Part shown: piece after piece, positions 19,881 through 29,744 of the stretch
Layout: each line of letters opens with the position of its first letter
Position numbering within the stretch: position 1 is the stretch's first letter
From: Alphaproteobacteria bacterium
Lineage (GTDB): Bacteria; Pseudomonadota; Alphaproteobacteria; MPNO01
Direction of reading: 5' to 3'
Assembly: GCA_965248835.1 (NCBI GenBank)
Contig: CBDFLJ010000002.1
Span: forward strand, 928,001-992,000
DNA length: 64,000 nucleotides
The notes under the pieces: generated by a model
Databases searched by the model: none
Seen by the model: the letters and a program-made list of their open reading frames with translations, nothing else
Told to the model about the DNA's origin: nothing
Position numbers and translations under genes: made by a program

Positions 19881-22280
19881 GTGGGACACAAGGACGGCAT
19901 CAAATATGCCCTCGGCCCGGCGGACGAGCAGGCGCATTGGCAGGAGGTCTATAACCGCCTGGTCGATCAGGCATTGAGCGAGGCCCATGGCGGCCCGCCC
20001 GACGTCAGTCAACGCGAAACCCGCTATGTCGGGGTGCCCACGCCGCGCAACGATGCGATCTACAAGGTACGGGGCCGTGCCGAGTATGTCGGCAATCTGT
20101 TGCCCGAGGGGGTGCTCCATGGCCGGTTCGTCCGGAGCGTCCACGCCCGCGCGCGCATCCTGAGGGTCGACGTATCGGCGGCCCGTTCGGCACCCGGCGT
20201 CGTCGACGTATTGACCGCCGATGACCTCGACCCCGCGCGTTCTCTGGTCGGCACCCTCCAACACGACACCCCCGTGCTGGCCAAGGAGGAAGTGCGCTAT
20301 GTCGGCGAACAGATCGTCGCGATCGCCGCCGAAACCGTGGAGCAGGCAGAAGCGGCGTGCGATCTGGTCGAGGTCGACTACGAGCCACTGACGCCGGTGC
20401 TGACGTTCGAGGACGCATTTGCACCAGACGCACCGCATGTCGACGCGGCCGGAAACAGCATTTGCGACTACAACATCGGCCGCGGCGACATCGAGGCCGG
20501 ATTCGCAGAGGCCGACGTCGTCGTCGAAGGAACGTTCAAGACCGAGCCGATCGACCATTGCTTCATGGAGGCGCAGGCTGGCATCGCGTTCGTCGATGAC
20601 GACGATGTCCTCACGCTCCTGTGCTGCACGCAATACCCCCACTACCATCAGGAGGAGCTGTCTCGCCTGACCGGCCTGCCGATGGAGAAGGTTCGGGTGA
20701 TCCAGACCATCACCGGCGGCGGCTTTGGCGGCAAGCTGGATGCGACGGTCGAATGCGCCGCCAGCCTGATGGCGTTGCGCAGCAAGCGTCCGGTCAAGAT
20801 GACGCTGTCGCGCGAAGAGGTGTTCGTCGCGACGACCAAACGGCACAAGTCCGAGATCCACCAGAAGCTGGGTGCGACCAAGGACGGCAAGATCACCGCG
20901 TGCGACGTTCGGATCCTGGCCGACGGCGGCGCCTACCGCTCCTACAGCGAGATCGTTGCCGGGCGGATGATGGTGCATGTGGGCATGCCGTATTGGGTCC
21001 CCAATTTGCGTGTCCATCTCACGACGGCGTTCACCAACCACGCGCCTTCGGGTGCAATGCGAAGTTTCGGCGTGGTGAAAGTCGCCTTTGCCAATGAATC
21101 GCTGATGAACGAGCTCGCGACCAGGCTCGGCATGAGCCCGATCGAAATTCGGCGGATCAACGGATTCGCCGACGGCTCCGAGACCAATACCGGCCAACTG
21201 TTGCAGGACGTCGGGTTGCACAAGACGTTCGATGCGATCGAACCGATCTACGAGGCACGCAAGCAGGAATTGGCCAAGGAGGCGGACCAGGGGCGCAAGG
21301 TCGGTCTCGGGATCGCCTCGCTGGCCTACGGCATCGGTTATACCGGCTATCCCAACCCCGCCGTCTTCACCATGACTGCGGCACCAGACGGGTCGCTCAC
21401 AGCCCATGTGGGGACGCCGGATTTCGGAACTGGCTCGGACACCGTGTTTGCGCAGATCATCGCCGAGACGACGGGGTTGTCGTTGTCACGAATCCAAATT
21501 CGAAGCGGTGACTCGAACACCTCGCAGGACGCCGGACCGACATCGGCCTCCCGCCTTACCTATTTCTGCGGCAATGCCGCTCATTTCTCCGGACAGGATT
21601 TCAAACGGAAGTTTGAGGCCGCGTTCGCGAGAAAAGTCGGCAGCTCCACCGACGATGTCGAGCTCAGGGACGATGGCGTCCGTCATCGCAACGAGCATAT
21701 CGGTTTCGATGAAGCCTGCGGGCTCCTCGGAGACGAGCTCGCCGAAATCGAGGGGTATGGCAAATTCGATCCCGAAGCCGGCGTCAATCTGGAAACCTTC
21801 AGGGGCAACCCTTATCCCACCTATACCTACGCCACCCACCTGGTCGAAGCCGAAATCGACGACGAGTTGGGCGCGGTCCATGTCCGGCGCTACTGGGCGG
21901 CCCACGACGTCGGCCGGGTCGTCAATCCGCCCGCGGCGGAAGGCCAGGTCGAGGGTGGCGTCGCGATGGGGCTCGGCATGGCGCTTTGGGAACGGGTGGC
22001 GCGCGAAGACGGCCAGACGCTCAATCCCAACTATCGCGACTATCTGCTGGCGGGGACACGGGACATCCCGCCGAAGATCGAGGCGATGTTCGTGACCAAC
22101 GAGGATCGAACCGGACCCTTCGGTGCAAAGGGGTTTGCCGAATCGACGCTGATCCCGGCACCGCCGGCGCTGGGGGCAGCAATCTATGACGCTATCGGCG
22201 TCCGGCCGAGGCAGCTGCCGATGGACAGCGAATACATCCACGCGCTGATCCGCGCGCGCGAGGGCGGAGGCGGATCATGA
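19881..22280 (+). CDS. Xanthine-dehydrogenase-family molybdopterin-binding subunit
   Basis: GAGGAGG RBS then GTG; HCFME, GGGFGGK, AMRSFG, GQVEGG and GPFGAKGFAE motifs. Confidence 0.92.
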   Translation: MGHKDGIKYALGPADEQAHWQEVYNRLVDQALSEAHGGPPDVSQRETRYVGVPTPRNDAIYKVRGRAEYVGNLLPEGVLHGRFVRSVHARARILRVDVSAARSAPGVVDVLTADDLDPARSLVGTLQHDTPVLAKEEVRYVGEQIVAIAAETVEQAEAACDLVEVDYEPLTPVLTFEDAFAPDAPHVDAAGNSICDYNIGRGDIEAGFAEADVVVEGTFKTEPIDHCFMEAQAGIAFVDDDDVLTLLCCTQYPHYHQEELSRLTGLPMEKVRVIQTITGGGFGGKLDATVECAASLMALRSKRPVKMTLSREEVFVATTKRHKSEIHQKLGATKDGKITACDVRILADGGAYRSYSEIVAGRMMVHVGMPYWVPNLRVHLTTAFTNHAPSGAMRSFGVVKVAFANESLMNELATRLGMSPIEIRRINGFADGSETNTGQLLQDVGLHKTFDAIEPIYEARKQELAKEADQGRKVGLGIASLAYGIGYTGYPNPAVFTMTAAPDGSLTAHVGTPDFGTGSDTVFAQIIAETTGLSLSRIQIRSGDSNTSQDAGPTSASRLTYFCGNAAHFSGQDFKRKFEAAFARKVGSSTDDVELRDDGVRHRNEHIGFDEACGLLGDELAEIEGYGKFDPEAGVNLETFRGNPYPTYTYATHLVEAEIDDELGAVHVRRYWAAHDVGRVVNPPAAEGQVEGGVAMGLGMALWERVAREDGQTLNPNYRDYLLAGTRDIPPKIEAMFVTNEDRTGPFGAKGFAESTLIPAPPALGAAIYDAIGVRPRQLPMDSEYIHALIRAREGGGGS

Positions 22281-23158
22281 CGGCAGCCTGTCACTACGCA
22301 CGGCCCCGATCGGTCGAGGAGGCCATCGAGTCGCTCCAGGCAAGCGGTGGCGAAGGGACCGTGATCGCAGGTGGCGTGGCGCTCGGCATCCTGATGAACG
22401 AACGGCTGGTGCGCCCGACCTGGCTGGTCGATATCGCGCGGATCGAGCGATTGCGCGCGCTGGATTTGACCGCGAACGGCGAGCTCCGGATCGGCGCCAC
22501 TGTGCCCAATACGGAGCTCGAGCGGTCGGCGACGGTCGCCCGGGATTTCCCGTTGCTCCATGAGATGTCCCACGAGATTGCCTGCGGCCGCGTGCGCAAC
22601 CGGGGGACCGTCGGGGGCAATATCTGCCTCGCCGATCCTCAGGGAGATCCGCCGGCAGCGATGCTGGCACTCGATGCGACCCTCAATGTCCGCGGTCCAA
22701 ACGGCGCTCGCGCCGTCCCGATCTCGGAATTCTTTCACGATCTCTATACGACGGCGCTCGGCGAGACGGACATCCTCGAAGAGATCATCGTCCCGCCGAT
22801 TCCGGCGAACGCCGGTTACGCCTATGGCAAATACGGCGCCCGTCGGGCGATGGACTACACCGCGACGATCAGCGCGGCGGTGACGATGGTCCGCGACAAC
22901 GGCGGCGTCAGCGACGTCCGGATCGGGATGGGCGGGGTCGGTACCACACCGGTCCGGCCCTATGGCGCCGAGGCGGCGCTCCGGGGTCAAACCCCCGATG
23001 CGGAGGTCCTTGCGGCCATGGCCGCGGCGCTCGCCGAAGAGCTTACGCCGCTCGACGACGTCATATACTCCGCCGATTACAAGCGCCATGTCGCGTCGGT
23101 CATTCTGCGGCGCACCGTCGAACGCGCCTACCGACGGGCTGGAGGTCAGGCGGGATGA
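22277..23158 (+). CDS. Xanthine-dehydrogenase-family FAD-binding subunit (CoxM-like)
   Basis: IAGG, LRIGA and RVRNRGTVGGN motifs. Confidence 0.92.
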   Translation: MTAACHYARPRSVEEAIESLQASGGEGTVIAGGVALGILMNERLVRPTWLVDIARIERLRALDLTANGELRIGATVPNTELERSATVARDFPLLHEMSHEIACGRVRNRGTVGGNICLADPQGDPPAAMLALDATLNVRGPNGARAVPISEFFHDLYTTALGETDILEEIIVPPIPANAGYAYGKYGARRAMDYTATISAAVTMVRDNGGVSDVRIGMGGVGTTPVRPYGAEAALRGQTPDAEVLAAMAAALAEELTPLDDVIYSADYKRHVASVILRRTVERAYRRAGGQAG

Positions 23159-23616
23159 CCATCGATATTACACTCACCGTCAACGGGACCGACTATCCGG
23201 TGACGGTCGCCCCGACCGAGATGCTCGTCAATGTGCTGCGCGACCGGCTTCGGCTTACGGGCACGCATCGCGACTGCTGCATGGGTGTTTGCGGTGCGTG
23301 CACGGTCCTGCTCGAAGGCCGACCGGTCAGCTCATGCATCCTGCTTGCGGTCCAGGCCGATGGCGCCGGGATTACGACGGTCGAGGGCCTCGAGCAGGAT
23401 GGCGAGCTTCACCCGCTCCAGCACGCGTTTCTGACCCATGGCGCGGTCCAATGCGGCTACTGCACGCCGGGCATGTTGATGACCGCGAAGGCATTGCTCG
23501 ACGAGAATCCCAACCCAAGCCGGGACGAGATCATCGATTGCTTGCGGGGGAACATTTGCCGCTGCACCGGGTACATGAAGATCATCGACGCGATCGAGTC
23601 CCTGGCGAAGGCGTGA
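23155..23616 (+). CDS. Xanthine-dehydrogenase-family 2x[2Fe-2S] subunit (CoxS-like)
   Basis: CCMGVCGACT, QCGYCTPG and NICRCTGY motifs. Confidence 0.95.
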   Translation: MTIDITLTVNGTDYPVTVAPTEMLVNVLRDRLRLTGTHRDCCMGVCGACTVLLEGRPVSSCILLAVQADGAGITTVEGLEQDGELHPLQHAFLTHGAVQCGYCTPGMLMTAKALLDENPNPSRDEIIDCLRGNICRCTGYMKIIDAIESLAKA

Positions 23617-23620
23617 GCGC

Positions 23621-24190
23621 GTGGAAGTCAAGAAGGAGCGGGGTATCTCATTAGCGGTACCGGTCGCCGCAGCGTGGGATTTCATAAAGGACGTCGAGGC
23701 GGCGGCGAGCTGCTTCCCGGGCGCCTCGATCACCGAACGGCTCGGCGACACCAAATTCAAAGGCAAGGTTCGCCTCAAGCTTGGTCCGGTGACGGCCGAC
23801 TTCGCCGGTGCGGTCGAGATCGTCGAGATCGACGCCGCCGGGCATCGGATCGTGGTCGCCGGGAGCGGCACCGACAGCATCAGTGCCTCGCGCGCATCGA
23901 TGGAGCTCCGTGCCGTTGTCGAGGACCGGGGCGATGCCGGCTCGGAGGTGGTCGGCCATACGACAGTCTCGGTGACCGGGAAGCTCGCGACGCTCGGCGG
24001 GAGGATGATGGATAGCGTGGCGGACCGGCTGCTCGATCAGTTCGCCGCATCGTTTACGGAAAAGGCGACCGCACACGCGGCAAGCACGCCACCCGCCGAA
24101 ACCGCGCCGGCACCGCCTGGAGAACTGAACGTCATCGCGCTGATGCTCGGCGCACTGTGGCACCGGATCAAGCGTCTGTTCGGCGGATAG
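23621..24190 (+). CDS. coxG: CoxG-like SRPBCC protein with C-terminal membrane anchor
   Basis: ASCFPGA, KLGPV.A.F.G, GKLATLG, an Ala/Pro linker and an amphipathic tail. Follows an L-M-S cluster. Confidence 0.78.
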   Translation: MEVKKERGISLAVPVAAAWDFIKDVEAAASCFPGASITERLGDTKFKGKVRLKLGPVTADFAGAVEIVEIDAAGHRIVVAGSGTDSISASRASMELRAVVEDRGDAGSEVVGHTTVSVTGKLATLGGRMMDSVADRLLDQFAASFTEKATAHAASTPPAETAPAPPGELNVIALMLGALWHRIKRLFGG

Positions 24191-24360
24191 GATTTCGGGC
24201 AGGGCACTGGCGCGCGCATCCGCAGGCCGCGGGTTTCCATTCCGGCAATGACCGTGCTTCTCAGCCCGGCGCCGGGATTGTCCCGCTTCACCGGTTCGCC
24301 CGGCGCACCATCTGCGGTCGTGTCACTTCCAGGACCTGGCCCGTAACGGATATCGACGCT

Positions 24361-25164
24361 TTACGCCATGCCTGTCGGTCCCGGGAACAGGCCGTGCCGC
24401 GTCAGAAACTCGATCATGAGGCGGTCGAACAGCCACGGCTGCTCGAGTTGGCAGGCATGGCCGGCCCCCGGAAGCACCTTCAACTCGCAATCCGGTATGC
24501 GCGCCTGAAGCGCGAACGCGCTCTGGTGGGCGGCGTCCTCGGTCCCGGTAAGGATTACCGTCGGACAGTCTATATTCTCATGATGACCCGCCGGCTCATC
24601 CTCCTGGAGGGCCCTGAACTGATGGAGAATGGTTTCGAGATCCGCGGCGTCGTTGCGTTCGGAAAATAGTTCGGCGAAGTAGTGTGCGAGCGGTGTCGCA
24701 CGAAATGCGGGGCTCATGTCTTCGAATGTATACGCCCAGCGGAAATCTATGCCGTTGGCGGTGTAGGACTCGATCCGCCGCGCTGCGAATTCCTTCCCGG
24801 GGATATACCCGGTGCCCGACAGGACGAGCGCCGCCGTCCGGTGCGGGCGATGATGGTACATGAACGGAACGATCGCCGATCCGACCGAACAGCCGACCAG
24901 GATTGCGGTCTCGTCGTGCAGCGCATCGTCGATCGCCTCCCAGCAAGCTTCAGCCATGTCCCCGGTGGTCAGGCCCGGGTCGGCTTTGGGCGAACGGCCA
25001 TAACCGGGGATATCGATGGCGATGCACCTGAACCAGGTCGAGAAATGCGCCATCTGAAAAATCCAACAGGACTGATCCATCGGGTTGGGATGGACAAAAG
25101 CGATGACCGGGCCGGTACGGCCCATCCGTTCGTAGTAGAGTGGCCCGTGAATGTGTTGCGCCAC
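24361..25164 (-). CDS. Alpha/beta fold hydrolase
   Basis: DIPGYGRS, GCSVG nucleophile elbow, GTED and AGHAC motifs. Confidence 0.88.
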   Translation of the reverse strand: MAQHIHGPLYYERMGRTGPVIAFVHPNPMDQSCWIFQMAHFSTWFRCIAIDIPGYGRSPKADPGLTTGDMAEACWEAIDDALHDETAILVGCSVGSAIVPFMYHHRPHRTAALVLSGTGYIPGKEFAARRIESYTANGIDFRWAYTFEDMSPAFRATPLAHYFAELFSERNDAADLETILHQFRALQEDEPAGHHENIDCPTVILTGTEDAAHQSAFALQARIPDCELKVLPGAGHACQLEQPWLFDRLMIEFLTRHGLFPGPTGMA

Positions 25165-25267
25165 GATTTCCCTCCGTCACCAAAGCCGACCGTTTGGAAA
25201 TAGAAACATCTCGACGTGTTACTTGAAGGCCTCCTCGAAGCCCGCCTGTCGAGACAACGGTCTCCAA

Positions 25268-25545
25268 GAGGCTGCCCCGAAATTTACGTTGGATAACAGT
25301 GCCTTGCGATGCGCCGTGTGAGGAGGCGTATATCGGCGATGAGGAGCCAGGCTTGTGCGGAAGCGATGGATGCTCTCAATCTCTTGCGAGTCTTCGGCAT
25401 CCGTCATAGCCCCGGACGCCGCCGCTTGCGGCGGTTTCCACGCTCTGGCTGTCGATCACGCCGGCGCTCGGGCGGGCCTCGCGCCCCTCAAGCTCCCGCG
25501 CCGCCATGACCAGATGGTGGTTGATGGTTTCCGGCAACCCGTTGG
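25268..25545 (-). mobile_element. IS5-family (IS1031-like) transposase relic, internally deleted
   Basis: GREARPSAGVIDSQSVETAASGGVRGYDG is joined directly to the C-terminal CRRLARD*...SAQAWLLIADIRLLTRRIAR. Candidate terminal sequence GAGGCTGCCCCGAAAT at 25268. Confidence 0.8.
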
Positions 25546-25556
25546 CTCGCCAAAAC

Positions 25557-26588
25557 TCAGTGCTTCTTAGAGACTTGCACCAGCAGGTCGTAGATCTGCT
25601 TGACCGCGGGTTTATTGGCGACCACGACCTCGCCGACAGTCGCAAGCTTGGCCATCATCTTACTGCGCTCGGATGCCGGGAAATCGACGATCTGCCCGCC
25701 GCCCTTGAGCCAGGCGCTGCGGAGCCCATTGTTGAAGGCGAGCGCCCAGGTATACATCTCGCCCTCGAGTGTTTTGGCTTCGTCGAGCATAACGGTGCGC
25801 AAATCCCTCGACAGCTTGTCCCACCATACCTTGCTCACGAAGGCCACACTGGGAAACACGGCTTCATGCGTCTCAGTCAGATATTTCCCGACGGTCCAGT
25901 ATTTGAACGGCACGAAGATCACCAAGGCCGCCTTGACGCCATCGATCGCACCGCGCTGCAGCGCGGGCAGTGCCTCCATCAACGGCAATGGTGTCGGCGC
26001 CGCGGCAAGGCGCTTGAGCGATAGCACTTCGATGTCGCTTGCGAGCACCCTGAGCTTCAAGCCGCGGAAGTCCTCGATCCGGCGGATCGGTCGGCTTCGC
26101 GTCACTACCGAAGCGTTGCTGGACGCCCAGATGCTGATGCCCAAGATCCCTTTGCGCTCGCCGAGCGGCAGGAAGACGTCGCGGAACGCCGGATCGGTTA
26201 TCGTTTGCTGGGCGTGCTCTTTGTCACGGAATAGGCCCGGGGTATCGGTGACCTGCCAGCGCGGCTCAACGCCTTTGACGAAACCCGGCGGGCCGACCCA
26301 CGACTCCACCGTACCGAGCTGCATACCCTCGATCTGGCGCGGGATCGCGCCGAGTTGGCTCGACGGGTACAGCTCGATCGAGATGGCGCCCTTGCCGCGT
26401 TTCTCGACGCGCTGCTTGAACAGCCTCATCCATTCGTTCTGATCGCCCCTCGGCGTCGCGGTGCCGATCTTCATGGTGAATTTCTGGGCCAAGGCCGGAG
26501 TCGCATACAACCCGCTGCAGGCGACCAAGGCGACCAGCCCTGCGTGACACGCCGCGCGCAGGCAGGATTCCAGGGGGTTTCCGTGCAT
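25557..26588 (-). CDS. dctP: TRAP transporter substrate-binding protein DctP
   Basis: Signal peptide ALA-Q; YPSSQLG, GLKLRV and ALQRGAIDG motifs. Confidence 0.9.
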   Translation of the reverse strand: MHGNPLESCLRAACHAGLVALVACSGLYATPALAQKFTMKIGTATPRGDQNEWMRLFKQRVEKRGKGAISIELYPSSQLGAIPRQIEGMQLGTVESWVGPPGFVKGVEPRWQVTDTPGLFRDKEHAQQTITDPAFRDVFLPLGERKGILGISIWASSNASVVTRSRPIRRIEDFRGLKLRVLASDIEVLSLKRLAAAPTPLPLMEALPALQRGAIDGVKAALVIFVPFKYWTVGKYLTETHEAVFPSVAFVSKVWWDKLSRDLRTVMLDEAKTLEGEMYTWALAFNNGLRSAWLKGGGQIVDFPASERSKMMAKLATVGEVVVANKPAVKQIYDLLVQVSKKH

Positions 26589-26718
26589 GATTTTCTCCTC
26601 GAAAGCGCCTGTTCTTCCTGTTCTTCGCACGGCGCATCGTTTTGCGTTGTCGATTATCGACAGGTCCCCCGGCGAAGTCGAGGGCCCGTGCCCGCGACCT
26701 GCGGGCCGCCGCCGGTGC

Positions 26719-28032
26719 TCACAGCAGCCCGAGCGCGAGCCACGGCACCGCGATCACCAGGACCAGCACCGCGAGCATGATCAGCATGAAGGGGAAGGCG
26801 CCGGCGAAGATGTCGCCGAGCGTGATGCGCTCGTCGTCCAACGTCGACTTGATCGCATAGACCACCAGGCCCAGCGGCGGGGTGACCGAGCCGGCTTCGG
26901 CGGCGATGATCGTGATGATGCCGAACCACACCAGATCGACCCCGAACCCGACCATGATCGGCGCCATGAACGGCAGCAGGATCAGCATGATCGAGAGCGC
27001 ATCGAGGATCGTCCCCATCAGCAGCACGACCACCACGTAGACCGCCAGGGTCTGGTAGAGCCCGAGCCCGAGCGCCGTCAGCCCCTCGACCGCCGATTCC
27101 GGAAGGCGGGTGAGGGTGAGAAGACGCGCATACATGCTGGCGGAGATGATCAGGAAGCCGATCGACGCGGTGGTGTGGCCGGTCTCGACCAGCACCCGCC
27201 ACAGCGTCCGCCAGCCCAGCCGGCGCCGCGCCAGCGCGAGCACCAGCGCGCACAGCGCGCCGAACGCCCCGGCGCCGGTCGGGGTGAACAGCCCGCCATA
27301 GAGACCGCCGAACACCGAAGCGACGATGAGGACGATCGGCAGGATCTTCCACAGCATGGCCAGGCCGGAGGCGGAACCGCCGTCATGCGCCCCCGGAGAG
27401 AGCGCCGCCCGGCCCATGAAGCCCGGGAAGTACCGGGCGATGACCACGATCGCCAGGGCGAAGGCAACCGCCAGCGTGATGCCGGGCAGGATGCCGGCGA
27501 TGAAGAGATGGCCGATCGACGTCTTGGTCAAGAGCCCGTAGAGAATGAGCAGCAGGCTCGGCGGGATCAGCATGCCGATGATCGAGCTGCCCGCGACGAT
27601 GCCGACAGCGAACCGGGGCCGGTAGCCGAAGCGCAGCATCTCGGGCACGGCGATCCTGGTGAAGATCGCCGCCGAGGCGATGCTGATCCCCATGATCGCC
27701 GCGAACACGGTGTTGGCGGCGACGGTGGCGATCCCGAGCCCGCCCTTGATGTGGCGGAAGACGCGGTTGGCGACGTCGAAGGCGTCCTTGCCGATCTCCG
27801 AGACGCCGATCAGCAGGCCCATCAGCACGAACAGCGGAACGGTGCCGTAGACGTAGTTGGCGATGGTCTCGTAGGAGGCGAGCGCGACCAGCTTGATCGC
27901 GAGGTTGAAATTCGTGATTGCGGCGATGGAAAAGAACGAAACCAGCGCCAGAACGAACGCCACATGCATGCCGGCGTAGATCAACAGGATCAGCGCCACC
28001 ACCGAGATCGCGGCTATCTCGGCGTGGCTCAG
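26719..28032 (-). CDS. dctM: TRAP transporter large permease DctM
   Basis: VPLFVLMG, HIKGGLG, GMLIPPS, GGLYGGLFTPT and TPPLG motifs. Likely CTG start overlapping the dctQ stop. Confidence 0.92.
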   Translation of the reverse strand: MSHAEIAAISVVALILLIYAGMHVAFVLALVSFFSIAAITNFNLAIKLVALASYETIANYVYGTVPLFVLMGLLIGVSEIGKDAFDVANRVFRHIKGGLGIATVAANTVFAAIMGISIASAAIFTRIAVPEMLRFGYRPRFAVGIVAGSSIIGMLIPPSLLLILYGLLTKTSIGHLFIAGILPGITLAVAFALAIVVIARYFPGFMGRAALSPGAHDGGSASGLAMLWKILPIVLIVASVFGGLYGGLFTPTGAGAFGALCALVLALARRRLGWRTLWRVLVETGHTTASIGFLIISASMYARLLTLTRLPESAVEGLTALGLGLYQTLAVYVVVVLLMGTILDALSIMLILLPFMAPIMVGFGVDLVWFGIITIIAAEAGSVTPPLGLVVYAIKSTLDDERITLGDIFAGAFPFMLIMLAVLVLVIAVPWLALGLL

Positions 28033-28613
28033 CGCGGGGCCTTTCGATCCTCGGGCGCGGTATCGTCGATGCCCCGGACGTCGCGCCATGCGAGCACCGC
28101 GAGCTGGATGACCGCCGCGGCGCTGCCGATCAGGATCATAAGGAGGAACGGCCAGGTGGCGAGCGCGAAATATTCGGCCGTTCCGAGATATTCTCCCTCC
28201 TCCCAGGCAAGCGTGAATTTGGGCCAGATCGCATAGAAGATGACGGCGAACAGGAACGCGCCGGCCAGGTGAAAGACCGCCTGAACCAACCCGCCCGCCA
28301 TCGGGTGCCGCCGCCTCAGGACGCCGAAGAGCGCGTCCGACCTTATGAAGGCCCCGTGGCGAAGCGAATGCGCGATCTGCAAGAAGACGATGCCGACGAT
28401 CGAGAGACTCACGATCTCGGTCGCCCCCTTGATCGGCATGCCGAACAGGGCTTGGCCGAAGATATCGCCGTTGATCAGCAGCATCAGACCGAAGATGCCC
28501 GCGGTGCCGATGCCGTTCAGAGCCGATGAAAGGAGATCGGTCGCGCCGGGAAGGCGGCGGGGGCCAACCTCCCGCCGCCCTTCCTCAGGCGCGGTTTCGC
28601 GCTCCTCGGCCAA
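28029..28613 (-). CDS. dctQ: TRAP transporter small permease DctQ
   Basis: Four transmembrane segments; PIKGATEIV and HGAFIRSD motifs; adjacent to dctM. Confidence 0.87.
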   Translation of the reverse strand: MAEERETAPEEGRREVGPRRLPGATDLLSSALNGIGTAGIFGLMLLINGDIFGQALFGMPIKGATEIVSLSIVGIVFLQIAHSLRHGAFIRSDALFGVLRRRHPMAGGLVQAVFHLAGAFLFAVIFYAIWPKFTLAWEEGEYLGTAEYFALATWPFLLMILIGSAAAVIQLAVLAWRDVRGIDDTAPEDRKAPR

Positions 28614-28667
28614 GGATTACACCATTATCCACTTGCGTGGGCCGGTGCCGCGCTCGCCGGCAAGGTT

Positions 28668-29744
28668 CTATTTCGACCAGTCGCGGATGATCTTGCCGCC
28701 GCGCTTGCGGACGCCGTCGATGTAGGCCGAGAGCACCTGCCTGCCGGGCAGGCCCTTGGCTTCGAGCGAGTCGGCCCATTGCCTGGCGACGTTGGGCATC
28801 TGCATGGCCCATTTGATCCGCTCGGCCTCGGCCATTGTCGAGACCTTCGCCCCGGCCTTGTCCATGGCACCGTAAATGTGGTTGCCGAGCCCGATCAGCG
28901 CGTCTGGATAGGCCTTGGCGTGGTCCTTGGCCGCCTCGCGGAAGGCCTCGCGCACCTCGCGCGGCAGGCCATCCCAGCGCTTCTTGTTGAAGCTGATGGT
29001 CGTTCCCCAGGCGGCGCCCAGATTGGCCTTCACCACGTAAGGGGCGGGCTCATAGAACTTGAAGGCGAAGGCGCCGGTCGGGAAGATGAGCTGAGCGTCG
29101 ATCATGCCCGATTTGAGCGCCTGGTAGCCCTCGGTGACCGGGTTGTGGACCGAGATCGCGCCGGTCCCCTTGAGCCAGGAGGCCAGGGGGCCGGCGAGGC
29201 CGAACTTCATCCCCTTGAGGTCCTCAACACCGCGGATCGGCGTCCGCGAGAAGATCTGGAAGCTGTTGATCATGGTGCCCGCGAGATAGATCTGGTTCTG
29301 CTTGTGCCAGCCTTCGTTGAGCTCGGGGATGTCGCGGTACATCTCGTCCTGCACCTCGCCCAGCACCCTGGGGTCGTAGCTCACGAAGGGCGCGACGTAG
29401 GTCACAATCGGCAGCGGCAGCTTGGCCTGCTCGAAGATGAACGGGACGAAGCCGATGTCGCCCAACCCGTCGGCCACCGCCTCGAGCGTGTTTTCCTCCT
29501 TGGCGATGGAGGCGCCGTAGGCGCGGGTCCAGCGGATCTTGTACTTGCCGCCGGCCTCCGCCAGGCGCTTCTCGACGCTCGGGACGAGGACGTCCTCGAA
29601 GACCTTGACGAAGATGATGAAGGGCGGAAACCCGGAAACGCTCGTCAGGTTGATCGTCTTCGCGGCATGTGCCGTGCCGGTGTGGATCGCCATCGCGACG
29701 ACGCCGGCGAGGCTGGGCAGCGTAAGCCAAAGAAGTCTTCGCAT
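28668..29744 (-). CDS. dctP: TRAP transporter substrate-binding protein (DctP-like, divergent subfamily)
   Basis: GGAGG RBS, signal peptide AHA-A; EAVADGLGDIG, EDLKGMKF, YQALKSGMID and WDGLP motifs. Confidence 0.87.
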   Translation of the reverse strand: MRRLLWLTLPSLAGVVAMAIHTGTAHAAKTINLTSVSGFPPFIIFVKVFEDVLVPSVEKRLAEAGGKYKIRWTRAYGASIAKEENTLEAVADGLGDIGFVPFIFEQAKLPLPIVTYVAPFVSYDPRVLGEVQDEMYRDIPELNEGWHKQNQIYLAGTMINSFQIFSRTPIRGVEDLKGMKFGLAGPLASWLKGTGAISVHNPVTEGYQALKSGMIDAQLIFPTGAFAFKFYEPAPYVVKANLGAAWGTTISFNKKRWDGLPREVREAFREAAKDHAKAYPDALIGLGNHIYGAMDKAGAKVSTMAEAERIKWAMQMPNVARQWADSLEAKGLPGRQVLSAYIDGVRKRGGKIIRDWSK

